This document shows positions 36,692-44,146 of a stretch of DNA of 44,146 bases, piece after piece. Position 1 is the stretch's first letter. Each line of letters opens with the position of its first letter. The notes below the pieces were generated by a model, which was not told where the DNA came from, searched no databases, and worked only from the letters and a program-made list of their open reading frames with translations. Location: assembly GCA_904420055.1 (NCBI GenBank), contig CAJFTV010000087.1, forward strand, positions 1 through 44,146. Reading direction: 5' to 3'. The position numbers and the translations under genes are program-made. Origin of the DNA: Candidatus Alloscillospira gallinarum (GTDB taxonomy: Bacteria > Bacillota > Clostridia > Oscillospirales > Oscillospiraceae).

Positions 36692-37921
36692 ATGAAAAAA
36701 GTCGTATCAATTTTACTGGCGGTATGCCTTGCAATCGTATTTCCTGTCACGTTCTACGCCGATGATGACGGAGGTTTTCTGGACTTTACAGACAATGAAG
36801 ACGTTGACGCGTCTGTATTCTTTGATTTTGCCGAGAGCGCAGACGCTGCCGGGGAACCGCAGATTTCCGCTCCATCTGCAATTCTCATGGAAAAGAGCAC
36901 AGGCACTGTAATATACGAAAAAGACGCCGATAACAAGATGGAGCCGGCAAGCGTTACAAAGGTAATGACCATTCTTCTCATCGTAGAGGCAATAGAAAGC
37001 GGCAGCCTGTCATTAGACGAAATGGTTACATGCTCCACCCGCGCCTCCTCTATGGGCGGCTCTCAGATATATCTCAAGGAAAACGAACAGCTCAGTGTCC
37101 AGGAAATGCTGAAATCCATTGTGGTGGCCTCTGCAAACGACGCCGCCGTGGCAATGGCGGAGCACATGTGCGGCACTGAAGACGTGTTTGTCACTAAAAT
37201 GAATGAGCGCGCGGCACAGCTCGGCATGACAAACACCAATTTCACAAACTGCACCGGCCTTATGGACGATGAAACTCACGTAACAACCGCAAGGGATATC
37301 GCAATCATGTCACGCGAGCTCATATCCCACGACATGATAAAGGACTACACGACAATCTGGATGGACACCGTGCGGAACGGCGAATTTGGACTTACAAATA
37401 CAAATAAGCTTGTGCGTTATTACGAGGGGGCCACAGGCCTTAAAACAGGCTTTACAAACCGGAGCATGTACTGTCTTTCCGCCACGGCGGAGCGAGACGG
37501 CATGGAGCTTATCGCCGTTATAATGCATGGTGAGACAAGTGCTCAGCGCTTTGAGGACGCAAAGTCGCTTTTAAACTACGGATTTGCAAATTACACCGTT
37601 ATCGACACCTCACCCGACTCCCCTCTCCCTCCTGTAATGGTTGAGCTCGGAAAAGCCGCCACAGTACAGCCTGTAACATCGGCACACGAAAATATGCTCA
37701 TTCCAAAGGGAAACGCAACCAACATCAACAAAACTGTGGAGCTCTCTGAAAAAGTGAGCGCACCTGTAAATGCCGGCGACAAGCTGGGCACAGTTACAAT
37801 TTACAACGGCGAAGAAGCAATCTACTCCTATGACCTTGTGGCCGGAGACAGTGTTGAACGTCTGACCTTCCCGGATATATTAATAAAGTTTTCACAACTT
37901 TTGTTTAATAAGTCATTGTAA
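36692..37921 (+). CDS. D-alanyl-D-alanine carboxypeptidase (low-MW PBP, S11 family)
   Basis: It has a signal/TM segment and the SxxK (SVTKVMT), SAN (ASAND) and KTG (LKTGFT) motifs. ATG 36692 (MKKVVSILL) follows a GGAGAG RBS. Confidence 0.88.
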   Translation: MKKVVSILLAVCLAIVFPVTFYADDDGGFLDFTDNEDVDASVFFDFAESADAAGEPQISAPSAILMEKSTGTVIYEKDADNKMEPASVTKVMTILLIVEAIESGSLSLDEMVTCSTRASSMGGSQIYLKENEQLSVQEMLKSIVVASANDAAVAMAEHMCGTEDVFVTKMNERAAQLGMTNTNFTNCTGLMDDETHVTTARDIAIMSRELISHDMIKDYTTIWMDTVRNGEFGLTNTNKLVRYYEGATGLKTGFTNRSMYCLSATAERDGMELIAVIMHGETSAQRFEDAKSLLNYGFANYTVIDTSPDSPLPPVMVELGKAATVQPVTSAHENMLIPKGNATNINKTVELSEKVSAPVNAGDKLGTVTIYNGEEAIYSYDLVAGDSVERLTFPDILIKFSQLLFNKSL

Positions 37922-37980
37922 ATGGGGCTGTAATGGGGTAAAATGCTCTCTGTTAGTTTACTGGATTTAGGAGCTTACAT

Positions 37981-39240
37981 ATGATAAAAACAGATTTTTC
38001 AGGCGTAGACGGTTTCTCCATATTCCCGCAGTTTGAGAATGCGGAAAGCGCATGCCGGACAGTAACCGACCCCGGCGGCATATACGCAGAATACAACGGC
38101 TGGGCAGACCTTCCCGACACAATATCTGAAAACCTGCTCACAGAGATAACAAACACTGCCAAGGAAATTAACAGTCAGTCAAAAGTTGTTGTTATTCTGG
38201 GCGCCGGAGGCTCATATTTAGGGGCCAAGGCTGCCATTGATTTCCTGTACTCCCCAAATTATAACCTAATAAGAAAAAATACACCTATAATCTTTTTTGC
38301 AGGTGACAATCTCTCCGCTGAATACCTTCAGCAGATAATGCACTTTGTCATTTCAAAAGATTTTTCGGTTCTGGCAATTTCAAAATCCGGACGCACACTT
38401 GAGACATCGGTTGCCTTCCGTACATTTCAAAGTCTCTTAAAAGCGAAGTACGGCACCGGCGCTGCGGCACGCACCTACATAATAACCGACCGTAACCGGG
38501 GCGCGTTCCGCAAATACGCGGACGAAAACGGCTGTACAAGTTTTGAGGTGCCGGAGAATATCGGCGGCCGATACAGCGTTCTGACTCCCGTCGGCCTCCT
38601 GCCAATGGCCATATCCGGTATTGACATACGTGAGGTTGTTGCCGGCGCTTCAGATGAGCGCAAAAACGGGCATGACAGAGCTGTTCAATACGCTGCGTAC
38701 CGCCAGGCTCTTTACAGCGTGGGTAAAAAGATGGAATTTCTGTGCGCCTTTGAGCACAACTGCCGCTGCTTCGGCGAGTGGTGGCGCCAGCTCTTTGCCG
38801 AGAGTGAGGGCAAAAACGGACAGGGGATTTTTCCCGTTTTCTGCGATTACACCTCTGACATGCACTCAATCGGCCAGTACATTCAGGAGGGAGAGCGCTC
38901 AATGTTTGAGACCTTCCTCTGCTTTGAGGAGGGGCGCGCGCACCTGCTGGTGCCGGAGTGCGATATTGACGACGGGTATGACCGTCTTGCCGGAATTGAT
39001 TTTAACATCATGAACCGCGCTGTTGCAGACGGAATAGCAGATGCGCACATCTCCGGTCAGGTTCCGGTAATACAGCTCACTCTGCCGTGCATATCCCCAA
39101 GGTCGCTTGGCGCGCTGTTTTACTTCTTCGAGCTCTCCTGTGGCATATCCGCCCACATGGCAGGCGTAAATCCATTTGACCAGCCCGGTGTTGAAGCCTA
39201 TAAAAAGAACTTTTTCCCCTTTCTGGAAAAGCTGATTTAA
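37981..39240 (+). CDS. pgi: Glucose-6-phosphate isomerase (short Firmicutes-type)
   Basis: 419 aa with SIS-domain motifs LGAGGSYLGAKA, ISKSGRTLET, GGRYSVLTPVGL and the C-terminal FDQPGVEAYK. Confidence 0.9.
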   Translation: MIKTDFSGVDGFSIFPQFENAESACRTVTDPGGIYAEYNGWADLPDTISENLLTEITNTAKEINSQSKVVVILGAGGSYLGAKAAIDFLYSPNYNLIRKNTPIIFFAGDNLSAEYLQQIMHFVISKDFSVLAISKSGRTLETSVAFRTFQSLLKAKYGTGAAARTYIITDRNRGAFRKYADENGCTSFEVPENIGGRYSVLTPVGLLPMAISGIDIREVVAGASDERKNGHDRAVQYAAYRQALYSVGKKMEFLCAFEHNCRCFGEWWRQLFAESEGKNGQGIFPVFCDYTSDMHSIGQYIQEGERSMFETFLCFEEGRAHLLVPECDIDDGYDRLAGIDFNIMNRAVADGIADAHISGQVPVIQLTLPCISPRSLGALFYFFELSCGISAHMAGVNPFDQPGVEAYKKNFFPFLEKLI

Positions 39241-39340
39241 CACCTTGCACAAATTCACAGTTTTTTCATAGTTTCATGTTGCCAAATGCGCATAAACATG
39301 TTAGAATAAATCAACCAGAAAAAATAAAGGGGTGTTCAAT

Positions 39341-39751
39341 TTGGTTAAAGTAATTATGGGTCTTAAGGGCTCCGGAAAAACCAAAAAACTTATTGATTTA
39401 ATAAACGAAACCTCAAAAGATGAGCACGAAAATATCGTGTGCATCGAGCGGAAAGCGCAGCTCACCTATGACCTTCCGTACACCGTGCGCCTTGTAACAG
39501 CTTCTGATTATAACCTCAACAATTATGAGGTGCTCAAGGGCTTTATAAGCGGACTGCACGCCGGAAATTATGATATAACCCATATCTTTATCGACAACCT
39601 CTTCAAAATCGTTGATTCTACCTATGACGCCGCGGCTGAAGAATTTGTCGCCTGGTGCGAGGCATTTTCCGAAAAGGAAAAGGTCAATTTCACAATGACT
39701 CTCAGCGCGGACGTATCTCTTGCCTCCGACAAGGTGAAGGCCCTTTTTTAA
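39341..39751 (+). CDS. Minimal stand-alone P-loop NTPase-like protein, unknown function
   Basis: About 136 aa with Walker A GLKGSGKT near the N-terminus and a Walker-B-like THIFIDNL. The start is ambiguous: TTG 39341 has better RBS spacing than GTG 39332. A terminator follows it. Confidence 0.5.
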   Translation: MVKVIMGLKGSGKTKKLIDLINETSKDEHENIVCIERKAQLTYDLPYTVRLVTASDYNLNNYEVLKGFISGLHAGNYDITHIFIDNLFKIVDSTYDAAAEEFVAWCEAFSEKEKVNFTMTLSADVSLASDKVKALF

Positions 39752-39769
39752 CCACACTTTAAACCATTT

Positions 39770-39802
39770 AATTCTGCCGCATTGCCTGCGGCAGAATTTT
39801 TT
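39770..39802 (+). terminator. Rho-independent terminator after the P-loop gene
   Basis: AATTCTGCCGC (39770-39780) pairs with GCGGCAGAATT (39788-39798), followed by TTTT. Confidence 0.8.
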
Positions 39803-39816
39803 CTGGAGTATTACCC

Positions 39817-40434
39817 ATGAAAACTAATTTTCAGCTTGTTTTGGACGATATCATAAAAAAAGAACAGGCCGCCGGGCGCACGCCAGGTCTCCTGCTCCAC
39901 AGCTGCTGCGGCCCGTGCAGCACATACGTCCTGGAGTATCTCTGCCGGTACTTCAAAATTGACGTATTCTACTATAATCCCAACATATATCCGTCTGAGG
40001 AATTTCAAAGGCGGCTTGAAGCTCAGAAAAAGGTTCTGCACGACATACCGTTTTCCGGCGATATCGGCCTTATCGTCCCGGAATACGTCCCTGAGGAGTT
40101 CTCCAAGGCTGTCTGTGGACTTGAAGCCGAACCGGAGGGCGGCGCGCGCTGTCCTGTATGTTTTTCCCTGCGACTTGAGCGCACCGCCGAATATGCCCTG
40201 ACGCACGGCTATGATTACTTTGGCACTACCCTCACTGTAAGCCCCCACAAAGACGCCCTTATCCTGAACGAGACAGGCAAAGCCCTCGGAGAAAAGTCCG
40301 GAATAAGCTTCCTCTTTTCCGACTTTAAAAAGCGTGAGGGATACAAGCGCAGTACTGTACTGTCCCGGGAATACGGCATCTACCGCCAGGACTACTGCGG
40401 CTGTATCTACTCCCTGAACAGCCGCGGCAAATAA
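39817..40434 (+). CDS. queH: Epoxyqueuosine reductase QueH (DUF208)
   Basis: 205 aa with the Cys motifs HSCCGPCS, CPVCF and QDYCGC that are characteristic of QueH. Confidence 0.87.
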   Translation: MKTNFQLVLDDIIKKEQAAGRTPGLLLHSCCGPCSTYVLEYLCRYFKIDVFYYNPNIYPSEEFQRRLEAQKKVLHDIPFSGDIGLIVPEYVPEEFSKAVCGLEAEPEGGARCPVCFSLRLERTAEYALTHGYDYFGTTLTVSPHKDALILNETGKALGEKSGISFLFSDFKKREGYKRSTVLSREYGIYRQDYCGCIYSLNSRGK

Positions 40435-40442
40435 ATAACCAT

Positions 40443-40487
40443 GACCTCTGTACCATATTTTTCCGGTGCAAGAGGTCTTATTTTTTC
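40443..40487 (+). terminator. Terminator after queH
   Basis: GACCTCT (40443-40449) pairs with AGAGGTC (40471-40477), with additional inner pairing, followed by TATTTTTTC. Confidence 0.6.
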
Positions 40488-40537
40488 TTTTTTGAATATA
40501 CTCTTTATGCGCATGTCCACATAAGGAGGAGATTTAT

Positions 40538-41803
40538 TTGGAGCTGGCACTTATTCTTTTTGCCGTAACTTACGTCTGCATGATGCTGTTTACCCAATAC
40601 CGTTCATATATCGCCATTATATCCGCCGGGGTATTCATCTCACTTGGTATAATTCCGCTGTCTCAGATAGCCGGCGCCGTGGAGTGGAATGTAATCCTCA
40701 TGATTGGCGGCACAATGGGCACTATGTTTTTCTTTGTAGAGTCTAAAATGCCCGCGCTAATGGCCGACGGCATTCTCTCCCGGACTCCAAATGTGAAGTG
40801 GGCAATTATCGCGCTGTCCCTGTTTTCCGGGCTGATTTCCGCATTTATGGACAACGTTGCAACCGTGCTCATGCTGGCGCCCGTAGCCCTTGCCATCGCC
40901 AAAAAACAAAATGTAAACCCTGTAAGCATGCTGGTCGCCATATCCATATCCTCCAACCTTCAGGGGGCGGCCACACTCGTCGGGGATACTACGTCCATAC
41001 TCATGGGCGGATACGCCGGAATGGACTTTCTCGATTTCTTCTTTTTCCGCGGCAGGATAGGTATTTTCTGGGTTGTGGAGGCAAGCGCCGTGGTCTCCAT
41101 TTTTGTGCTGGCATTCCTCTTCAGAAAAAACAGGCAGTCAATTGTGTCACGGGAAAAGACAAAGGTCACGGATTTTTTCCCCACATATATGCTGCTTCTC
41201 ACCGTTGGGCTTTTAATATTCGCTTCATTCTTCCCAAACAAGCCCGAACTTACAAACGGCTATATATGTGTGGGCATCTTCCTTGTTTGCGTTATTCGCG
41301 AGCTTATTTTCAAGCGCAACTTTAAGGGCATAGCCGGCGCCTTCCGAGAGATTGACTATAAGACACTTTTTTTGCTTGTAGGTCTGTTTATCATAATCGG
41401 CGGAATTAAAAACGCCGGGGTCATTGACGCTATTGCACAGCTGTTTGTAAAAATCTGCGGCAACAACCTGTTTCTAACCTACACCACAGTCGTGTGGTTT
41501 TCAGTTGCCATCTCGTCGTTTATTGACAATATCCCATACGTCGCCACAATGCTCCCCGTCGTTACAGGCATGGCGTCACTGATGAATATAGAGCCCTTTA
41601 TCCTTTACTTTGGCCTGCTCTCCGGCGCGACTCTCGGCGGAAATATAACCCCAATAGGTGCCTCAGCAAATATTGCCGCTCTTGGTATCCTTGAAAAAAA
41701 CGGTTATTTCGTAAAACCGGGCCAGTTTATGAAAATAAGCGTTCCCTTTACTCTGGCCGCTGTATTTACAGGATATATCCTAATCTGGATAATCTGGGCA
41801 TAA
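40538..41803 (+). CDS. ArsB/NhaD-superfamily permease (anion/citrate-transporter-like)
   Basis: 421 aa, polytopic, with duplicated FMDNVAT / FIDNIPYVA motifs typical of the ArsB/NhaD (CitMHS-like) fold. The TTG start has an AGGAGG RBS 8 nt upstream. Confidence 0.78.
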   Translation: MELALILFAVTYVCMMLFTQYRSYIAIISAGVFISLGIIPLSQIAGAVEWNVILMIGGTMGTMFFFVESKMPALMADGILSRTPNVKWAIIALSLFSGLISAFMDNVATVLMLAPVALAIAKKQNVNPVSMLVAISISSNLQGAATLVGDTTSILMGGYAGMDFLDFFFFRGRIGIFWVVEASAVVSIFVLAFLFRKNRQSIVSREKTKVTDFFPTYMLLLTVGLLIFASFFPNKPELTNGYICVGIFLVCVIRELIFKRNFKGIAGAFREIDYKTLFLLVGLFIIIGGIKNAGVIDAIAQLFVKICGNNLFLTYTTVVWFSVAISSFIDNIPYVATMLPVVTGMASLMNIEPFILYFGLLSGATLGGNITPIGASANIAALGILEKNGYFVKPGQFMKISVPFTLAAVFTGYILIWIIWA

Positions 41804-41805
41804 AG

Positions 41806-41836
41806 CAAAAAGAGACGCCGCGGCGTCTCTTTTTTC
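41806..41836. terminator. Bidirectional terminator
   Basis: AGAGACGCCG (41811-41820) pairs with CGGCGTCTCT (41821-41830), flanked by an A-run and T5. Confidence 0.85.
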
Positions 41837-41851
41837 CATATTTATTATCCC

Positions 41852-41983
41852 TCAATATCTGTATACCTGGTCTTCCCTTTTCATCTGCACACAGTCCAAG
41901 ACTACATTTGCAACTACTACGCCAGCCGTCACACATACGCTGACCGCCATCAAAAGTGACATAATAAATTTTGCTCTTCTCAT
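41852..41983 (-). CDS. Possible 43-aa membrane peptide (below the ORF-track cutoff)
   Basis: Manual translation gives MRRAKFIMSLLMAVSVCVTAGVVVANVVLDCVQMKREDQVYRY, with one hydrophobic helix. A GAAAGGA RBS lies about 9 nt upstream. The ORF sits between the glyoxalase stop and the terminator. I have no other support. Confidence 0.3.
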   Translation of the reverse strand: MRRAKFIMSLLMAVSVCVTAGVVVANVVLDCVQMKREDQVYRY

Positions 41984-42002
41984 AAATATCAGTCCTTTCC
42001 GT

Positions 42003-42368
42003 TTACTTTGCAGGTATTATCTCAATCCAGTACCCGTCAGGGTCCTCAATAAAATAAACTCCCAGCATTTCATTCTCAAAGCAGATTATTCCCATATCCT
42101 TGTGTTTTGCATGCATAGCCTCAAAGTCATCTGTCACAATGCCCAGATGGAACTCGCCTTCCCCCAGATTATAGGGCTCCTTTCTGTCCCGCAGATGGGT
42201 AAGCTCAATACAAAACGGCGTGTCGTCGTTGCCGATAAAAACCAGACGGAAAGACCCGTCCTCTGCCTTCATCTCCCTTTTCGGCACAAACCCCAGGGCG
42301 TTCTTATAAAACTCAAGGCTCTTTTCAAGGTCTAACACGTTAAAATTATAGTGATCCATTCTGAGCAT
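42003..42368 (-). CDS. VOC-family protein (glyoxalase I / lactoylglutathione lyase-like)
   Basis: 121 aa starting MLRMDHYNFNVLDLEKSLEFYKNALGF, with metal ligands H...E...H...E in a VOC pattern. ATG 42368 follows an AGGAGG RBS. The tracked 210-aa form overlaps ttcA and its extension is low-complexity. Confidence 0.85.
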   Translation of the reverse strand: MLRMDHYNFNVLDLEKSLEFYKNALGFVPKREMKAEDGSFRLVFIGNDDTPFCIELTHLRDRKEPYNLGEGEFHLGIVTDDFEAMHAKHKDMGIICFENEMLGVYFIEDPDGYWIEIIPAK

Positions 42369-42435
42369 GGCGGCTCCTCCTATATCTTTTTGACTGCAAA
42401 AACAGAGTATCTGCTTTCTCTCATCTTGGTACAAT

Positions 42436-42465
42436 ATTATATCATCATATCCTGTGCATTTGCAA
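42436..42465 (-). promoter_or_regulatory. Candidate promoter of the glyoxalase gene
   Basis: Minus strand: -35 TTGCAA (42465-42460), an 18-nt spacer, and -10 TATAAT (42441-42436). Confidence 0.45.
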
Positions 42466-42472
42466 CCCGATT

Positions 42473-43219
42473 TTATGGCAGCGGACGCCGGGAATACTCC
42501 GCCGGCTCCCACCCGTCCAGCGGAAGCCGCTGCATTGCCCCGAATACCTTTGTCTTGAGGTCGGGATAACGCTCTCCCAGTTCTTTCAGGAGAATTTTTA
42601 CTTCCTCCCGTTTGCTGGCCCCGTCTTTTGGACATGTACTTTTAACTATTGGAAGCTTATACCGCTCCGCAATGCCTCTCACCGTGCCCTCTCCCACATA
42701 CAGCATGGGCCTTATCTGGGTCACATCGGTACGGCTCATATACGTCACCGGCTGGAAGCAGGAAATCCGCCCCTCATAGAAAAGGGACAGCAGAAATGTC
42801 TCCACCGCGTCGTCAAAATGGTGGCCCAAGGCAATCTTGTTTATCCCTTCCGCCTTCATCATGTCGTGTATTGCCCCACGGCGCATTTTGGCACACAGGG
42901 CACATGGGTTTTTTTCCTTTCTCTCCTTGAAAATTATGCTGTACAGGTCTGTCTTTTTGAGGACATACGGCACCCCAAGGCGGCGGCACAGCTCTGCCGT
43001 CTGAGAAAAATCCATTCCCTCAAATCCCATGGACAACGTAAGTCCGTAGAGCGTAAACTTTTTCGGATAGTAATTTCTCAGATTGGCAAGGGCGCACAAA
43101 AGCGCTGTGGAGTCCTTCCCGCCGGAAAGTCCAACAGCAATCCTGTCCCCCTCCTCAATCATATGGTAATCCTCAACACACCGGCGAACAAGCCCGGTAA
43201 ATCTGTTCATATCTGACAT
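42473..43219 (-). CDS. ttcA: tRNA 2-thiocytidine(32) synthetase TtcA-family PP-loop ATPase
   Basis: 248 aa with the PP-loop VGLSGGKDS and Cys motifs CALCAKMRRG and KSTCP, typical of the TtcA/TtuA group. Confidence 0.82.
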   Translation of the reverse strand: MSDMNRFTGLVRRCVEDYHMIEEGDRIAVGLSGGKDSTALLCALANLRNYYPKKFTLYGLTLSMGFEGMDFSQTAELCRRLGVPYVLKKTDLYSIIFKERKEKNPCALCAKMRRGAIHDMMKAEGINKIALGHHFDDAVETFLLSLFYEGRISCFQPVTYMSRTDVTQIRPMLYVGEGTVRGIAERYKLPIVKSTCPKDGASKREEVKILLKELGERYPDLKTKVFGAMQRLPLDGWEPAEYSRRPLP

Positions 43220-43343
43220 TTTTCACCACTCCAGTGAGAAAACAAAAAATAAAATTGAAATTGAGTATTTGAGCGTAAATCAAAGAAAAATTGAGCATTT
43301 TAAAGTTTATAGTGTGCTAAATAAAATTTCATCAAAATATGTG

Positions 43344-43372
43344 TTGACACTGCCCCTGCCTTGTGATATAAA
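43344..43372 (+). promoter_or_regulatory. Sigma-A promoter of rplM-rpsI
   Basis: -35 TTGACA (43344-43349), a 17-nt spacer, and extended -10 TGaTATAAA (-10 at 43367-43372). Confidence 0.65.
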
Positions 43373-43458
43373 TGTAAGGCACGCCACAGGGACATTCTAA
43401 GTGGCGGAACGTGATTTGTCAAAGAATATTTATTATAAAAAAGGTTGGAGGAAGCACA
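43373..43458 (+). promoter_or_regulatory. 5' leader of rplM (possible L13-type ribosomal-protein leader)
   Basis: The roughly 85-nt leader contains the hairpin GCCAC-AGGGACATTCTAA-GTGGC followed by an A/U-rich tract and a GGAGG RBS. L13 leaders are described in Firmicutes. I have not aligned this one, so the call is inference. Confidence 0.3.
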
Positions 43459-43890
43459 ATGTCAACAACACTGGCAAAAAAAGAGACCGTTTCCCGTAAA
43501 TGGTATGTGCTTGACGCAGCTGGCAAGCCCCTTGGCCGCACTGCTGCACAGGCTGCGGTTCTTCTCCGCGGTAAGCACAAGGTAGACTATACACCCAACG
43601 TAGACTGCGGCGACTATGTAATAATAATCAACGCAGAGAAGGCAATACTCACCGGCAATAAGCTCATTCAGAAGTACTACCGCCGTCACAGCGGCTGGGT
43701 AGGCGGACTGAAAGAGGTTCAGTACAAGCGCCTCATGGAGCAGCGTCCTGACTTTGCCATGGAGCTTGCCGTAAAGGGCATGATGGCCAAAAACACACTT
43801 GACAGAAACGCCATGAAACGTCTGCACATCTATAAGGGTGCAGAGCACCGTCACGCAGCTCAGCAGCCCGTGGCATGGACACAGGAATAA
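43459..43890 (+). CDS. rplM: 50S ribosomal protein L13
   Basis: The L13 N-terminus [27 protein letters not shown] starts at ATG 43459 after a GGAGG RBS. The tracked 16-codon extension is not L13-like. Confidence 0.95.
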   Translation: MSTTLAKKETVSRKWYVLDAAGKPLGRTAAQAAVLLRGKHKVDYTPNVDCGDYVIIINAEKAILTGNKLIQKYYRRHSGWVGGLKEVQYKRLMEQRPDFAMELAVKGMMAKNTLDRNAMKRLHIYKGAEHRHAAQQPVAWTQE

Positions 43891-43904
43891 GGAGGTACCC
43901 GAAC

Positions 43905-44146
43905 ATGTATACCAGTAAAAAACCTTATCACTACGGAACAGGCAGAAGAAAATCTTCTGTTGCAAGAGTACACCTTTTCCCCGGCGGAACGGGCAATATC
44001 ACAATTAACGGACGTGACATCGACGATTATTTCGGTCTTGACACCTTAAAGCTCATCGTCCGCCAGCCCCTGAACACCACCGACACACTTGGCAAGGTTG
44101 ATATAGTCGCAACCGTATCAGGCGGCGGCGTGACAGGCCAGGCCGG
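43905..44146 (+). CDS. rpsI: 30S ribosomal protein S9 (3'-truncated by the window edge)
   Basis: Manual translation gives [44 protein letters not shown]...SGGGVTGQA, which is S9. A GGAGG RBS lies 8 nt upstream. The ORF runs off the end of the window. Confidence 0.93.
   Translation, partial: MYTSKKPYHYGTGRRKSSVARVHLFPGGTGNITINGRDIDDYFGLDTLKLIVRQPLNTTDTLGKVDIVATVSGGGVTGQA

Overview
This 44.1-kb window is densely coding chromosomal DNA. Gene content and synteny suggest a Gram-positive anaerobe (Clostridia-like), but that is inference only. I support 46 CDS and one tRNA-Gly(CCC). Three CDS fall outside the ORF track: rpmG and a 43-codon ORF are below its length cutoff, and rpsI runs off the window edge.

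Most of the window is housekeeping:
- Ribosomal clusters rpmG-secE-nusG-rplK-rplA (minus strand) and rplM-rpsI (plus strand).
- A polyphosphate pair, ppx-ppk1.
- A long minus-strand operon: FAD protein, ruvX, HAD hydrolase, mtaD, ahcY.
- A plus-strand operon: prfA, tsaC, coaE and two peptidases.
- serC-serA, pgi, nifS and a Na/Pi-PhoU transporter.
- Several tRNA-modification genes: tsaC, mtaB, queH, ttcA.

I saw no CRISPR array, IS or transposase, integrase, prophage, or recognisable defence or toxin-antitoxin module. I cannot point to a clearly new multi-gene system. These loci are not explained by ordinary housekeeping:
1. A roughly 3-kb islet (22.6-25.6 kb) of four monocistronic secreted or membrane hypothetical genes in alternating orientation. 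One of them is strikingly AT-rich.
2. An orphan protein that keeps only the DNA-binding HTH part of a serine recombinase. It sits next to a perfect 14-bp inverted repeat in a 370-bp AT-rich non-coding gap.
3. Two paralogous FMN/FAD/[4Fe-4S] ene-reductases. One is divergent from an SDR, and their shared promoter region carries a repeated TGTTGTCA palindromic motif.
4. A translationally coupled mtaD-ahcY pair, which suggests a deaminating SAH-recycling route.
5. A minimal stand-alone P-loop protein.

All functional calls come from reading motifs in the translations. No database search was run.
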